Assembly (NCBI GenBank): GCA_963727445.1
Contig: CAVSGI010000020.1
Span: forward strand, 1 to 64,000
Length of the DNA: 64,000 bases
Reading direction: 5' to 3'
Source of the DNA: an uncultured delta proteobacterium
GTDB lineage: Bacteria > Myxococcota_A > Polyangia > Polyangiales > B10-G4
Part shown: piece by piece, positions 21,730-33,067 of the stretch
Numbering within the stretch: the first letter of the stretch is position 1
Layout: the number at the start of each line of letters is the position of its first letter
Position numbers and translations under genes: made by a program
The notes under the pieces: model-generated
Database searches by the model: none
The model's input: only the letters and a program-made list of their open reading frames with translations
Told to the model about the DNA's origin: nothing

Positions 21730-21792
21730 CCTCAGTCATGTAAAGCCTGGGCGATCCGAAGCAACTGCGCGGTGCGTTACCATGAGGGCCGG

Positions 21793-22638
21793 ATGCGGTT
21801 CCCACTCGGTTTCGGCGCCCTGGTGCTCTTCGCGGCCTGCGCCTCCTCGAGCGCGGCCGACGCGGGCGCTCCCGACGCCGCGCGGGATGCGGCCCGGGAT
21901 GCTGCGGTGGACACCGCCCCGGAGGCCTCGCCAGACGCGGCGCCGGCGGACAGCGCCGCGGTCGACACCGCTCCCGATCCGAGCTGCAGGGACGGGGTTC
22001 AAAACGGGGACGAATCGGACGTCGATTGCGGCGGCTCCTGCGACCCCTGCATCACCGGCGCGCCCTGCAACCGGGGCGGTGACTGTGTTTCGCGGGTTTG
22101 CGGTATGGACGGCCTCTGCGCGGCGCCGGCATGCGACGATGGGATCCGCAACGGGGGTGAGTCGGACGTGGACTGCGCCGGCGATTGCCCGGCGTGCGAG
22201 GAGTGTCGGGGCTGCACCGACGACGCACACTGCGCGCGGGGCCGATGCGTCTCCGGGCGCTGCGCCCTGTCGGTGGAGATGTACGTCGACTGGCTGTCGG
22301 ACTGCTCCACCGACGGCTCGATCACCGTCACCGCAGACCTGCCCGCCGGGCGCTATCGCGTCACCGCCCTCGACAGCGGGGGCACGGTGTGGAGCACCGC
22401 ATCGCCACCCACCCGTGGCTGGTACTACCGCATCGAGTGCACGAACCTCTCCGCACCCACGGTCGCCACCCCCAGCGGCATCTACTACGCGAACGCCGCC
22501 ACGGCCTTCGCGAGCCTGATGTCCACCACCGAAGACGTGGACTTCGCCGGAGGGACCCTCGTCTGCCGCAAGGTCGACAGCGCCTGCGTCGACAACTCCG
22601 GCGGCGCGCGCTTCCGCCTCGAGCGGCTTTGCATGTAG
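21793..22638 (+). CDS. Cys-rich lipoprotein with myxobacterial CxDGxxNGxESDVDC repeats
   Basis: FAAC lipobox; CRDGVQNGDESDVDCGG and CDDGIRNGGESDVDCAG. Confidence 0.8.
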   Translation: MRFPLGFGALVLFAACASSSAADAGAPDAARDAARDAAVDTAPEASPDAAPADSAAVDTAPDPSCRDGVQNGDESDVDCGGSCDPCITGAPCNRGGDCVSRVCGMDGLCAAPACDDGIRNGGESDVDCAGDCPACEECRGCTDDAHCARGRCVSGRCALSVEMYVDWLSDCSTDGSITVTADLPAGRYRVTALDSGGTVWSTASPPTRGWYYRIECTNLSAPTVATPSGIYYANAATAFASLMSTTEDVDFAGGTLVCRKVDSACVDNSGGARFRLERLCM

Positions 22639-22642
22639 GGAG

Positions 22643-23626
22643 TTACCTCAAGCGCCGGTATGGGTAGCGATCCTTGATCCACTGATGGAAATAGCGCCCA
22701 TGAGACGCTGCCGAGAGCAGTCCCTCGTAGACCTGCCGCGGTACACGGCTGTAGGCGTATCGTCGTCCACCGCCAAACTCGATCGTCAGAATGCTCTTGT
22801 CAGCATCGTATGCCGCGTGTCGTAGGTTGCTCGAATCCAAGGTCGCGACAAGCGGTGGCGTGCGCGGGAGGAAATGGACTGGCGCCGGTGTTTGCATTGA
22901 TCGGGCACCCGGTCGATGTCTTGGAACTCCGCTGATTCTTGCTGGTGCGAGCGCTGCCAATCGTTGAAGGCGCTTGAGCAGGATCGGGAGCCGTGCCTGA
23001 CTGGCAGCGTCTCCTCGGAGGTGGCCGGAGAGACTCTCGACAAACCCATCGTCTTCGAGCCATCGAGCCACGGTAGCCGCGATGAACACCCGAACATCAG
23101 GCGGGGCCGCTTCGGCTTCACCCTGCAGCTCGCCTCTGCCGTCGACGAGGTTCAGGAAGTCTTCGAGGTCATGGTGGTAGAGGTCGCCATCGCCGCGGGC
23201 TAGGTAGGCCTCGATCTTGGTAGCGCAAAAATGCACCGCATCAACGATCCTGATGGTTGCGCTTTGGAGATGGAGATGCGCAGCATGTTCGACCCCGCTC
23301 GGATACCAGACGTTGCTGAAACCGAACACGACTGGATCGATGGGCATGACGTCGACACGAACATCGTCGACAACCCAGCGACACATGGGTGCACCTTCAT
23401 CAGTGCACTCCTCGAAGCCGAGTGCGCGGAGCCGCCCTGAGAACTCTCCGTACTCTGAATACGACCCGACGTCGATGATGCAGTCGACATCTACAGTTGG
23501 CCGGGCCGGAGCAGCCGCGGAGTCTGTAACGAGCAATGGGCCGACCTGGCCCCCCACGAACACGACCTCATTCCGAAGGTCGCCCAAGACTTCCAGAACG
23601 CGAAGGAGCTCACGCGTCGCGCTCAT
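22643..23626 (-). CDS. Pol-beta-fold nucleotidyltransferase (AbiEii/type IV TA toxin-like) fused to a C-terminal KTSC domain
   Basis: VFVGG..RPTVDVD, VDVMP, TKIEAY..RG..HDLED; C-terminal SSNLRHAAYD..LTIEF.GG..YAY..VP..VY..LL.A.SHGRYF...IK..YPY. Confidence 0.8.
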   Translation of the reverse strand: MSATRELLRVLEVLGDLRNEVVFVGGQVGPLLVTDSAAAPARPTVDVDCIIDVGSYSEYGEFSGRLRALGFEECTDEGAPMCRWVVDDVRVDVMPIDPVVFGFSNVWYPSGVEHAAHLHLQSATIRIVDAVHFCATKIEAYLARGDGDLYHHDLEDFLNLVDGRGELQGEAEAAPPDVRVFIAATVARWLEDDGFVESLSGHLRGDAASQARLPILLKRLQRLAALAPARISGVPRHRPGARSMQTPAPVHFLPRTPPLVATLDSSNLRHAAYDADKSILTIEFGGGRRYAYSRVPRQVYEGLLSAASHGRYFHQWIKDRYPYRRLR

Positions 23627-24126
23627 GATGCGAGCCTTCGTTCGATCTCACGCTCGGCGATCTTCCGCTCGCGGGCACGGCCGGCACGAATGGCGTCGAT
23701 CAGGACCAGCCATTCGTAGAGCGGCTTGTTCTTGCGCGCTGCTGACGGTGCCGAGCGGTATAGGGGGCTCAATTCCTCTCCCCTGGTTCCACCTTCCGGA
23801 TCAGGCCACACCAGTGGCAGATCTGGAGCGCCAAAGTGCTGTTTCAAAGGTGGTGCGGCAATCGAGGTCGGGACCCCACGGGTGAGGGGACCTCGTTTGG
23901 CGGGGTAAACATAACGAAGCCCGTGCCTGAGGAATTCGCTGAGCGCGCGCTTTCGAACGGAGCGGGTGGGTAGGTCGACGAGGCCCCCAAAAGCCGCTCG
24001 CTTCAGTGCGGCATGAGCCTCAGACGCACTAATATCCAATGATTCTGAGATTCTTTGAAATGTACGGTCCTCGGGGACTGCGTCTAATAGGTACAGGGTG
24101 ACCAGGATATCCTGAGGCTTCAGCAC
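23623..24126 (-). CDS. Winged-HTH protein (LKPQD family), putative antitoxin/regulator of the NTase
   Basis: LKPQD..ISESLDISASEAH.ALKR; HGLRYVYP, LYRSAP, DAIRAGRARE; ATGA-coupled to the NTase. Confidence 0.75.
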   Translation of the reverse strand: MLKPQDILVTLYLLDAVPEDRTFQRISESLDISASEAHAALKRAAFGGLVDLPTRSVRKRALSEFLRHGLRYVYPAKRGPLTRGVPTSIAAPPLKQHFGAPDLPLVWPDPEGGTRGEELSPLYRSAPSAARKNKPLYEWLVLIDAIRAGRARERKIAEREIERRLAS

Positions 24127-24132
24127 AGGGAT

Positions 24133-24161
24133 ACGTTATTCGCGAATCGCGAATCGCGCAA
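24133..24161 (-). promoter_or_regulatory. Sigma70-type leaderless promoter with repeat operator
   Basis: Minus strand TTGCGC-N17-TAACGT-N6-GTG. The spacer contains the palindrome attcgcgaat and tandem cgcgaat. Confidence 0.6.
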
Positions 24162-24172
24162 GGGGCCGTCTG

Positions 24173-24212
24173 AAAAGCAAAGAAAAACGGCGCGCCCCAA
24201 AGGACGCGCCGT
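24173..24212 (-). terminator. Rho-independent terminator
   Basis: Minus strand acggcgcgtcc-ttt-ggggcgcgccgt hairpin followed by ttttctttgctttt, just downstream of 24235..25317. Confidence 0.8.
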
Positions 24213-24234
24213 CTCGTCGGTGACCCGAGCCGTT

Positions 24235-25317
24235 CTAGGGCATCAGGTTGTAGACGCAGTCGTAGGGTGGGGTGGTACCGCCGCCATGGACCAGCATGGT
24301 GCAGGTGCCCTGCCACTTCATGAGGCGGTCCGAGGACTCGGCGTCCACGAAGAGCTCGTAGGTGCCGGCCGGCAGATCGCTGAAGGTGAGTTGGTCGCCG
24401 ACGCTGCTGCAGGTCGCGCCCGAGTCGGAGAGCACCTCGCTCATGGTGGTGGAGTCGTTGAGCGCCCACAGGATGCTGTCCACGCCCGCGGTGGCGCAGT
24501 CGGTCATGTCCGTGCCCCACAGGAGGTTCACGACCATCTCGTTGGCGACCGTGAAGTCCACCGCCATCAGCATGTAGGTGCCCGGGGTGGTGACCACGAA
24601 GGGCGAGGGGCTCTCGTAGCTGGCGACATCGGAGCCCGAGGCGTCGACCGCGATGATGCTGGTGAGGTAGCTCCCCGCGGCGAGGATCGGCGCGCCGGAG
24701 TTGTAGGCCCCGCCGGCGCAGTCGGTGCTCGCGACGGTCACGCCGTTGGTGTAGCCGGTGTCGGTCGAGTCGTAGAGGACGAAGTCGATGTGGTCGATGT
24801 TCGCCGCGCCGCAGCTGGTGGCGTCGGCCGCGCCGCCGTTGATGGTCCAGCTGGCGGTGAGGGTGCCCACGTCGCCGCGCGGATCGAAGCCGGTGGTGCC
24901 GACCGTGAAGTCGACGGTGGCGAGGGTGGCGTGGTCGACCGAGAAGGAGGAGACGTCGAGCGGGATCGGATCGCTCTCGGCGACGTTCGTCCCGTCCGCC
25001 GCGTAAGCGATCCAGGCCGTCTGGTAACGGCCGTGGTCGAGGGCGCCCCCCGGGCGGGTGTCGAAGCCGCCGGCGGCGCAGGCGAAGTTGAAGTCCGAGA
25101 ACTCGTAGGCGACGCTTCCGTCGTAGAAGACGAGCTGGACGCGGTCGATGCCGGCCGCGGCGCAGGACGTCGCATCCGCGGTTCCCCCGTTGATGAGCCA
25201 CTGGCCATCCAGGGAGACGTCGACGCCCCGCGGGTCGAAAGCGATGGTGAGCGTGCATCCCGCCGCGGTCGCCAATGCCGCAGCGAGCGCGCCGATGATG
25301 AGCCTGTTCCCCTTCAT
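24235..25317 (-). CDS. Secreted lipoprotein with three repeated beta-rich domains
   Basis: SD ggagga, AAGC lipobox; repeats W.INGG.ADATSC.AA.ID (twice) and DCATAGVD. Confidence 0.75.
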   Translation of the reverse strand: MKGNRLIIGALAAALATAAGCTLTIAFDPRGVDVSLDGQWLINGGTADATSCAAAGIDRVQLVFYDGSVAYEFSDFNFACAAGGFDTRPGGALDHGRYQTAWIAYAADGTNVAESDPIPLDVSSFSVDHATLATVDFTVGTTGFDPRGDVGTLTASWTINGGAADATSCGAANIDHIDFVLYDSTDTGYTNGVTVASTDCAGGAYNSGAPILAAGSYLTSIIAVDASGSDVASYESPSPFVVTTPGTYMLMAVDFTVANEMVVNLLWGTDMTDCATAGVDSILWALNDSTTMSEVLSDSGATCSSVGDQLTFSDLPAGTYELFVDAESSDRLMKWQGTCTMLVHGGGTTPPYDCVYNLMP

Positions 25318-25502
25318 GAGTCCTCCGTTTGTGGGGCCCTCGCCCCACCCAAGCAATTCCAGTCCCACCCAGAGGGGACGTGCGCTGAGACGCGCGATCC
25401 CCGGGCGGCATTCACGAGATTATTCCCGTCTGGAGCACCGGGCACAACAACCCGGAAACCCTCGGGATCCACCATGACTGAGCCCTCTCACAGCTCCCGC
25501 CG

Positions 25503-25530
25503 TTGACAGCTCCGGAGGCGGAATTAGTTT
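25503..25530 (+). promoter_or_regulatory. Sigma70-type promoter upstream of Hsp20
   Basis: TTGACA-N16-TAGTTT. Confidence 0.5.
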
Positions 25531-25654
25531 CCCGGAAGGTAGTAGTGACGGCCCCAATCCTCTGGTGTCCCGGGGGAGAGAGAGCCGACGAAACACCTCG
25601 AAGAACACGACGGAACCGCCCCTTGTCGGGCGGCGCTGAACGGAGGACTGCGTC

Positions 25655-26071
25655 ATGAGCCTTTTGACCAACTGGGATCCATTCCACGAGATGTTCCGCC
25701 TTCAGGAGCAGATGGGTCGACGCCGTGAAAACGGTGGCGCCCTGGCGTTCCGCCCGGCGGTCGACATTCACGAGGACGCCGAAGCCATCACCCTGAGCGC
25801 CGAAGTCCCCGGAATGAAGGCCGACGACATCAAGGTCGAGGTGGAGAACGACATCCTGACCCTCAGCGGGGAGCGCAAGCTCGAGCACGAGGAGGACAAG
25901 GACGGTTACCACCGCATCGAACGTTCCTACGGGAGCTTCACCCGCTCCTTCTCGTTGCCCGACAACGTCGACACCGAGAACGTGATCGCGGAGAAGAACG
26001 ACGGCGTCTTGACCATCAAGCTGATGAAGCAGGCCAAGCCGTCCCCGAAGCGTATCGCCGTCAAGGAGTAG
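25655..26071 (+). CDS. Hsp20/alpha-crystallin small heat shock protein
   Basis: PAVDIHE, AEVPGM, LTLSGERK, RIERSYGSFTRSFSLP, DGVLTI; SD ggagga. Confidence 0.95.
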   Translation: MSLLTNWDPFHEMFRLQEQMGRRRENGGALAFRPAVDIHEDAEAITLSAEVPGMKADDIKVEVENDILTLSGERKLEHEEDKDGYHRIERSYGSFTRSFSLPDNVDTENVIAEKNDGVLTIKLMKQAKPSPKRIAVKE

Positions 26072-26131
26072 GGCTCGGTCGAGTCCTCGCTCCGTAGACG
26101 CCGCGCCGGTCGTGGTTAACCATGGCCGGCC

Positions 26132-26776
26132 GTGGCCAACATCATCGAGACGCTCTTCACCGACGAGGAGGACGTGCTCGTGTGCGACGCGCTGGGCGAG
26201 GAGCTCCGGGCGAGCCGTGAGTGCTTCCTCTCGCGCCACGTGGGTGAGCGTTTCATGGGCTATGCCCTCGCGCAGCTGAAGCGGATCGAGCGTCACCGCC
26301 GCTGGCTGGACAATCCGCCAGAGAAGAAGCCCGAGCCGAGCGACTTCGGCGCGACACCACATGAGGGGCGCCAGCGGTTTCCGAACGCCGACCAGGAGCG
26401 CGCCTATCGTGCGGCGCTCAAGCACTTCGGCGACTACGAGCGATGGCGGGAGAACCGGAACCCGGCCCGCGCTGCGCTCGAGGAAGCGCACGGGTACGAC
26501 ACCAAGCACGCGATGCACCTCTGCCGGCTCCTGAAGATGGGGCGCGAGATCCTCACGCACGGCGAGGTCTTGGTGCGACGCCCGGATCGCGAGTGGCTTC
26601 TCGGCGTGCGCCGCGGCGCGATGTCCTACGAAGAGCTGGTGGCCTGGGCCGAAAAGGAGACAGCGGTCCTGCCGTCCCTGGCCCAGGCCTCGATACTGCC
26701 GGACGAGCCGGATCGTGCGCGCGTCGATGCCCTGGTCGTTCGCCTTCAGCGGCGCGCGATCGAGGAAGCAGGCTGA
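26132..26776 (+). CDS. C-terminal region of a predicted nucleotidyltransferase (Nuc-transf/RlaP-like) without its catalytic N-terminus
   Basis: NIIETLF, F.GYA.AQLKRI, GYDTKHAMHLCRLL..G.EIL..GEV.VRR, LL.VRRG; no GS..YG..SDxD motif. Confidence 0.65.
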   Translation: MANIIETLFTDEEDVLVCDALGEELRASRECFLSRHVGERFMGYALAQLKRIERHRRWLDNPPEKKPEPSDFGATPHEGRQRFPNADQERAYRAALKHFGDYERWRENRNPARAALEEAHGYDTKHAMHLCRLLKMGREILTHGEVLVRRPDREWLLGVRRGAMSYEELVAWAEKETAVLPSLAQASILPDEPDRARVDALVVRLQRRAIEEAG

Positions 26777-26783
26777 CGGGGCT

Positions 26784-29689
26784 TCAGCTCAGCGCTCGCT
26801 CCATCAGCCGGTCGTGCTCGATCACGTGCGCGGCCTTGCTGCCGGTGGCGGGGCTGGCGCTCTCCTGGCGCGCGACGCAGGTCAGCTCGCGGCCGAGCAT
26901 CCTGGTGTAACGCGAGTTGACGAAGTACCAGGCGCCCATGTTCCAGGGCTCTTCCTGGACCCAGTACGAGCTCGGCGTCGCCGTATGGGGCGAGGGTCGC
27001 CTTCAGCTGGTCGGGCGCATCGGGTAGAGCTGCTCGATGCGAATGATGGCGACGTCGTCGATGTCCCGCTCCTGGCGGCCTTCACCAGGTCGTAGTAGAC
27101 CTTGCCGGAGCACAGGAGCACGCGGCGCGCGGCGTTCGGGTCGACCGATACGTCCCCGATGATGCGCTGGAACGGTCCCGGTGGCGAGCTCGTCCAGCGT
27201 CGAGCGCGGCCATGGGGTTGCGGAGCAGGCTCTTGGGCGACATCACGACCAGCGGCTTGCGCCAGGGCCGCACGACCTGCCGCCGCAGGCAGTGGAAGAT
27301 CTGCGCGGGCGTCGTCAGGTTGCAGACCTGCATGTTGTCCTCGGCGCAGAGCTCCAGCAAGCGCTCGAGGCGCGCGCGTCGAGTGCTCGGGTCCCTGACC
27401 CTCGAAGCCGTGCGGCAAGAGCATGACGAGCCCGCTGAGCCGGTGCCACTTGTCCTCGCAGCTCGAGATGAACTGGTCGATGATCACCTGCGCCCCGTTG
27501 GCGAAGTCGCCGAACTGCGCCTCCCAGATCACGAGGGCGTCGGGCGAGTCGAGGCTGTAGCCGAACTCGAAGCCGAGCACGCCTGCCTCCGAGAGCGGGC
27601 TGTCGAAGACGTCGAAGCGCGCCTGATTGTCGGACAGGTGGTTCAGGGGCACGTAGCGCTCGCCGGTGTTCATCGTCGTAGATGGCGGCGTGGCGGTGGG
27701 AGAAGGTGCCGCGGCGCGAGTCCTGGCCGGTGATGCGCACCCGCGTACCCTCAGCGAGAAGGGTGGCGTAGGCGAGGGTCTCGGCGGTGCCCCAGTCGAA
27801 GGCCTTGCCGTCGAGCGCCTGCTTGATGCGCGTGCTTGTAGAGTCGCGCGATCTTGGGATGCGCCGCGAACCCGTCCGGGATTCGATTGACCGCCTTCAG
27901 GAGCTCTTCGAGGCGCTCTGCTCGACGCCGGTCTCGACCACCGGGACGTCCGCGTCGAGCCCCGCGCGGTAGGACTGCCAGAGCCCTTGCATCGAGCTGA
28001 CTTCGTTCTTGTACTTGTGGTTCCGCGTCTCCTCGAGCGCGGCCTCGAGCTCGACGCGCCTGCGCTCGACGATCTCCGTCGGCCTGTTCGCGCGTGACCT
28101 TGCCCATCTCCAGCAGATTGTCGACGTAGACCTCGCGCACGCTGCGCTTCTCGTCGATGCGGCGCGTACATCAGCGGCTGCGTGAAGCGCGGCTCGTCGC
28201 CCTCGTTGTGGCCGTACTTGCGGTAGCAGTAGAGGTCGATGACGACGTCCTTGCTGGTAGCGCTGGCGGTACTCGGCAGCGAGCTGGGCCACCTGCGCCA
28301 CCGCCTCCGGGTCCTCGCCGTTCACGTGGAAGACCGGGACAGCGGAGCATGCGCGTGATGTCGGTGCAGTAGCGCGTCGAGCGCGCGTCACGCGGCATCG
28401 TCGTGAAGCCGATCTGGTTGTTGACGACGACGTGGACGGTGCCGCCCGTCGAGTAGCCCTCGAGGCCGCACAGGTTGAGCGTCTCCGCGACGATCGCCCT
28501 GCCCGACGAAGGCGGCGTCGCCGTGGATGAGCAGCGGCAGCACGCGCCACGCGCTCCATGTCGCTCGCGCGATCCTGCTTGGCGCGGGTTCGGCCCTCGA
28601 CCACCGGGTTGACGAACTCGAGGTGGCTCGGGTTGAAGCAGAGCGTGAGGTGGACCTCGTTGCCGGCGGGCGTGGTGCGGTCGGTGGAGTAGCCGAGGTG
28701 GTACTTCACGTCGCCGCGGCCGATGTTGCCTTCTGGGTTGTCGTCCTCGAAGTCCGCGAAGATCTCGTGCGAGCTTCTTGCCAGGATGTTCGCCAGCACG
28801 TTGAGGCGGCCGCGGTGGGCCATCCCGATGACGATCTCCTTCACACCGAGGTCGGCGGAGGTGTCGATCAGGAGGTCGAGCAGCGGGATGAAGCTCTCGC
28901 GCGCCTTCGAGCGAGAAGCGCTTGGCGCCGACGTAGTTGGTGTGGAGGAACTGCTCGAAGATCTCGGCGTCGGTGAGCTTGGTCAGGATGCGGATCTGAT
29001 CCTCGCGGTCATGTCGAGGCGGTTGCAGCGTCGACTCCATCTCGGTCTGGAGCCAACGCCGCTCCTCCGGATCCTCGATGAAGGTGAACTCGACACCGAT
29101 GGTGCGGCAGTAGGTCTCCTCGAGGCGGCGGATCAGCTCGCCCATCGACAGGTTCGGGCGGACCGGAGAAGTCACCCGCCGAGATCACCGTGTCGGGATC
29201 GACACGCTCGAGGCCGTAGTGCTTCAGAAGAAGCTCGTCGCCGGGCGGCCTCTCGAGATCGAGGGGGTCGACCTTGGCGTAGAGATGGCCGCGGACGCGG
29301 AACGCGTTGAGCAGCGCGGAGACGCGGCCCTGGAGCTCGTAGCCAGCCAGCACCTCTTTGGTCGGGGGCACGCTCAGCATCTCGCCGCGCATGCCCGGAC
29401 CCGCGCGATCGCTGCCGCGTCGGTCGACGAAGTGGACCACCTCCGCGGTGGGCGGAAGGAAGAGCGACGTTCGCGGCGAGGCGCCGTTGCCGCCGTTGCT
29501 GCCCTGCTTGCCGTCTTCGTCGAGCTTGGGTGCGTACACCGCCCCGGGGCTCGTCAGCTCGGGTTGCTCCTCGGGCGGAAGACCATCGAAGTACTGGCGC
29601 CATTCATCGGGAACCGATGAAGGGTTGGCGCACCAGCGGAGGAAGAGCTCCTCGACCAGACCTTGATTGATACCGAAATCGCGGTTCAT
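26784..29689 (-). CDS. sucA: 2-oxoglutarate dehydrogenase E1 component (many frameshifts, probably sequencing errors)
   Basis: Fragments [115 protein letters not shown]. Confidence 0.93.
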
Positions 29690-29751
29690 CGGAGCATCGA
29701 GGATAAACCACGGCCCGAGGGATCACTACCGGTTACCCACCTCCGCTCTGC

Positions 29752-31446
<1,695 letters not shown>

Positions 31447-31588
31447 GGGCGAAGTAGACCCCCGTCCCCCCTTCGGCGCAAGTCGCCGTGTGCGCGAAGC
31501 TAGACTAGCGGACCAGCTGGAGCGGGCCGCGAGCAGGGGACCATTCTCTAGGCCTCGGGTGTCGTCAGCGTGAGAGTAGACTGAGAGG

Positions 31589-31975
31589 GTGAATTGGGGA
31601 TCGATTGCGGTCGTGCTGCTCGCGTCGGCGTTCGCTCTCTGTGGATGCGGAGTCGAACACGAAGCGACCGACGCGAGTCAGCCACGTGCGACTTGGCCGC
31701 GGAGTGCCTGTGTGACGGTGCGAAACCCCCGCGCCGATTGCATCTCCTCGGAGGAAGCGCAGTGCAACGACAACGTCTTCGACGCGGGAGCGGAGGCCGG
31801 GATCGCTGCGGGCCGCCTTCAGTACGACGCGCTCGCAGCGCGCGCGTTCGTCGCACGCTTCGAAGTGCGCCCTCCGGACTGCCGCGGCTTCTACGATGTC
31901 GGTGGGCTGACGTACGGAACGCTCCAAACGCTCAGAGGGACGTTCGTGGGCACGCTCCTCGAGGGGGACGCGTGA
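31589..31975 (+). CDS. Hypothetical lipoprotein
   Basis: Signal-like N-terminus with Cys; otherwise unrecognised. Confidence 0.35.
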   Translation: MNWGSIAVVLLASAFALCGCGVEHEATDASQPRATWPRSACVTVRNPRADCISSEEAQCNDNVFDAGAEAGIAAGRLQYDALAARAFVARFEVRPPDCRGFYDVGGLTYGTLQTLRGTFVGTLLEGDA

Positions 31976-32058
31976 TGTGCGGAGCCACTGGTTGCGTCGC
32001 GAGGTTGTGTCTCTCGACGCCGTGAACGTTCGGAGCGGCGCCATCGCTGGAGAGCATC

Positions 32059-33030
32059 TTGGGCTACGAAGTTGAGAACGATTCGGTGACCTACTTTGGC
32101 GTGCCCGTGCAGGGTGCGAACGCAGCAGAGTTCGAGAGCCTGGGCGACTGCTATGGCAGAGACCGTCGGCGCGTTTTTTGGCGCACGCGTGAGGTCGAGG
32201 GGGCCGACGTCGAGACTTTCCGCGACCTCGGATTCGACTGGGGCGCGGATCGAGACGCGGTATTCGAGTGTGGCCGCGCCAAGGAGGGGTACGACCCCGC
32301 GACCATGAAGGCGTTCAACGAGAAGTACGCGTTGGACCGAAATGGCGCCTATCTCAACGGCTCGCCGATTCCGAACGTGGACCCGGCGCAGTTCGGCGTT
32401 TGGGGCGGGTTCATGCGCATCGGCGATCGCTGCGAATACGATGGCCGCCCCATCGACGCGCACGCGGACACCTTTCGGGGAGTGGGGGGCGACTACGCGG
32501 TCGACGACCAGCGCGTCTACTTTCGAACCAAGGTCGTCGAGGGCGCCGATGCCTCGACCTTCGAGGGCATTGGTCGGGTGTGGGGTCGTGACGCGGTGGC
32601 GACCTACTTCGGTGCTCGCACCACCACGGAAGCCATGCATCCCTCCTGGTCGAAGCTGGATGCGGACGAATGCAGGCTGCGCATCGAGGCGCGCGCGGGT
32701 GACGTGGACGCCATGTACGAGATCGCCAAGGCCATGATGATGGAGGGTGATCCCACGGAGGCGTTCGTTTGGGCTCAGCTCGCCATCGAGTCGGGTCGGA
32801 AGCGCACCAAGCCCTTTCTTCGCCGCGCGATGAAGGCGGCGGACCCGCACGAGGAAGCGGAGCTCGAGGGCGCGCTGTTGTACGAAGCCGCACTCCGACT
32901 CGCGACCGGGTCTGAGGTGCCGCGGGATGTGGACAATGCACGTCAGCTCCTCGCCCGGGCCAAGGAGGCGGGCTTGCTCGAAACCACGCAGGTCGACTTG
33001 GAGGAGAGGCGGACGCTCTTCGAAGATTGA
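32059..33030 (+). CDS. DKNYY-repeat protein with C-terminal SEL1/TPR-like helices
   Basis: Repeated (I/V)EGADxxTFxxL..Y(A/G)xDxxxV(F/Y) units; GDVDAMYEIA, ATGSEVPRDVDNARQLL. Confidence 0.7.
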   Translation: MGYEVENDSVTYFGVPVQGANAAEFESLGDCYGRDRRRVFWRTREVEGADVETFRDLGFDWGADRDAVFECGRAKEGYDPATMKAFNEKYALDRNGAYLNGSPIPNVDPAQFGVWGGFMRIGDRCEYDGRPIDAHADTFRGVGGDYAVDDQRVYFRTKVVEGADASTFEGIGRVWGRDAVATYFGARTTTEAMHPSWSKLDADECRLRIEARAGDVDAMYEIAKAMMMEGDPTEAFVWAQLAIESGRKRTKPFLRRAMKAADPHEEAELEGALLYEAALRLATGSEVPRDVDNARQLLARAKEAGLLETTQVDLEERRTLFED

Positions 33031-33067
33031 GCACGGGTCGACGACGCTCGCGACGGGTCACCGCCGC

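Noticed and set aside
26784..29689. Programmed frameshifting or real pseudogenisation of sucA
   Set aside because: The shifts are too numerous and irregular, show no slippery-site pattern, and the motifs are fully conserved; sequencing error is more likely.
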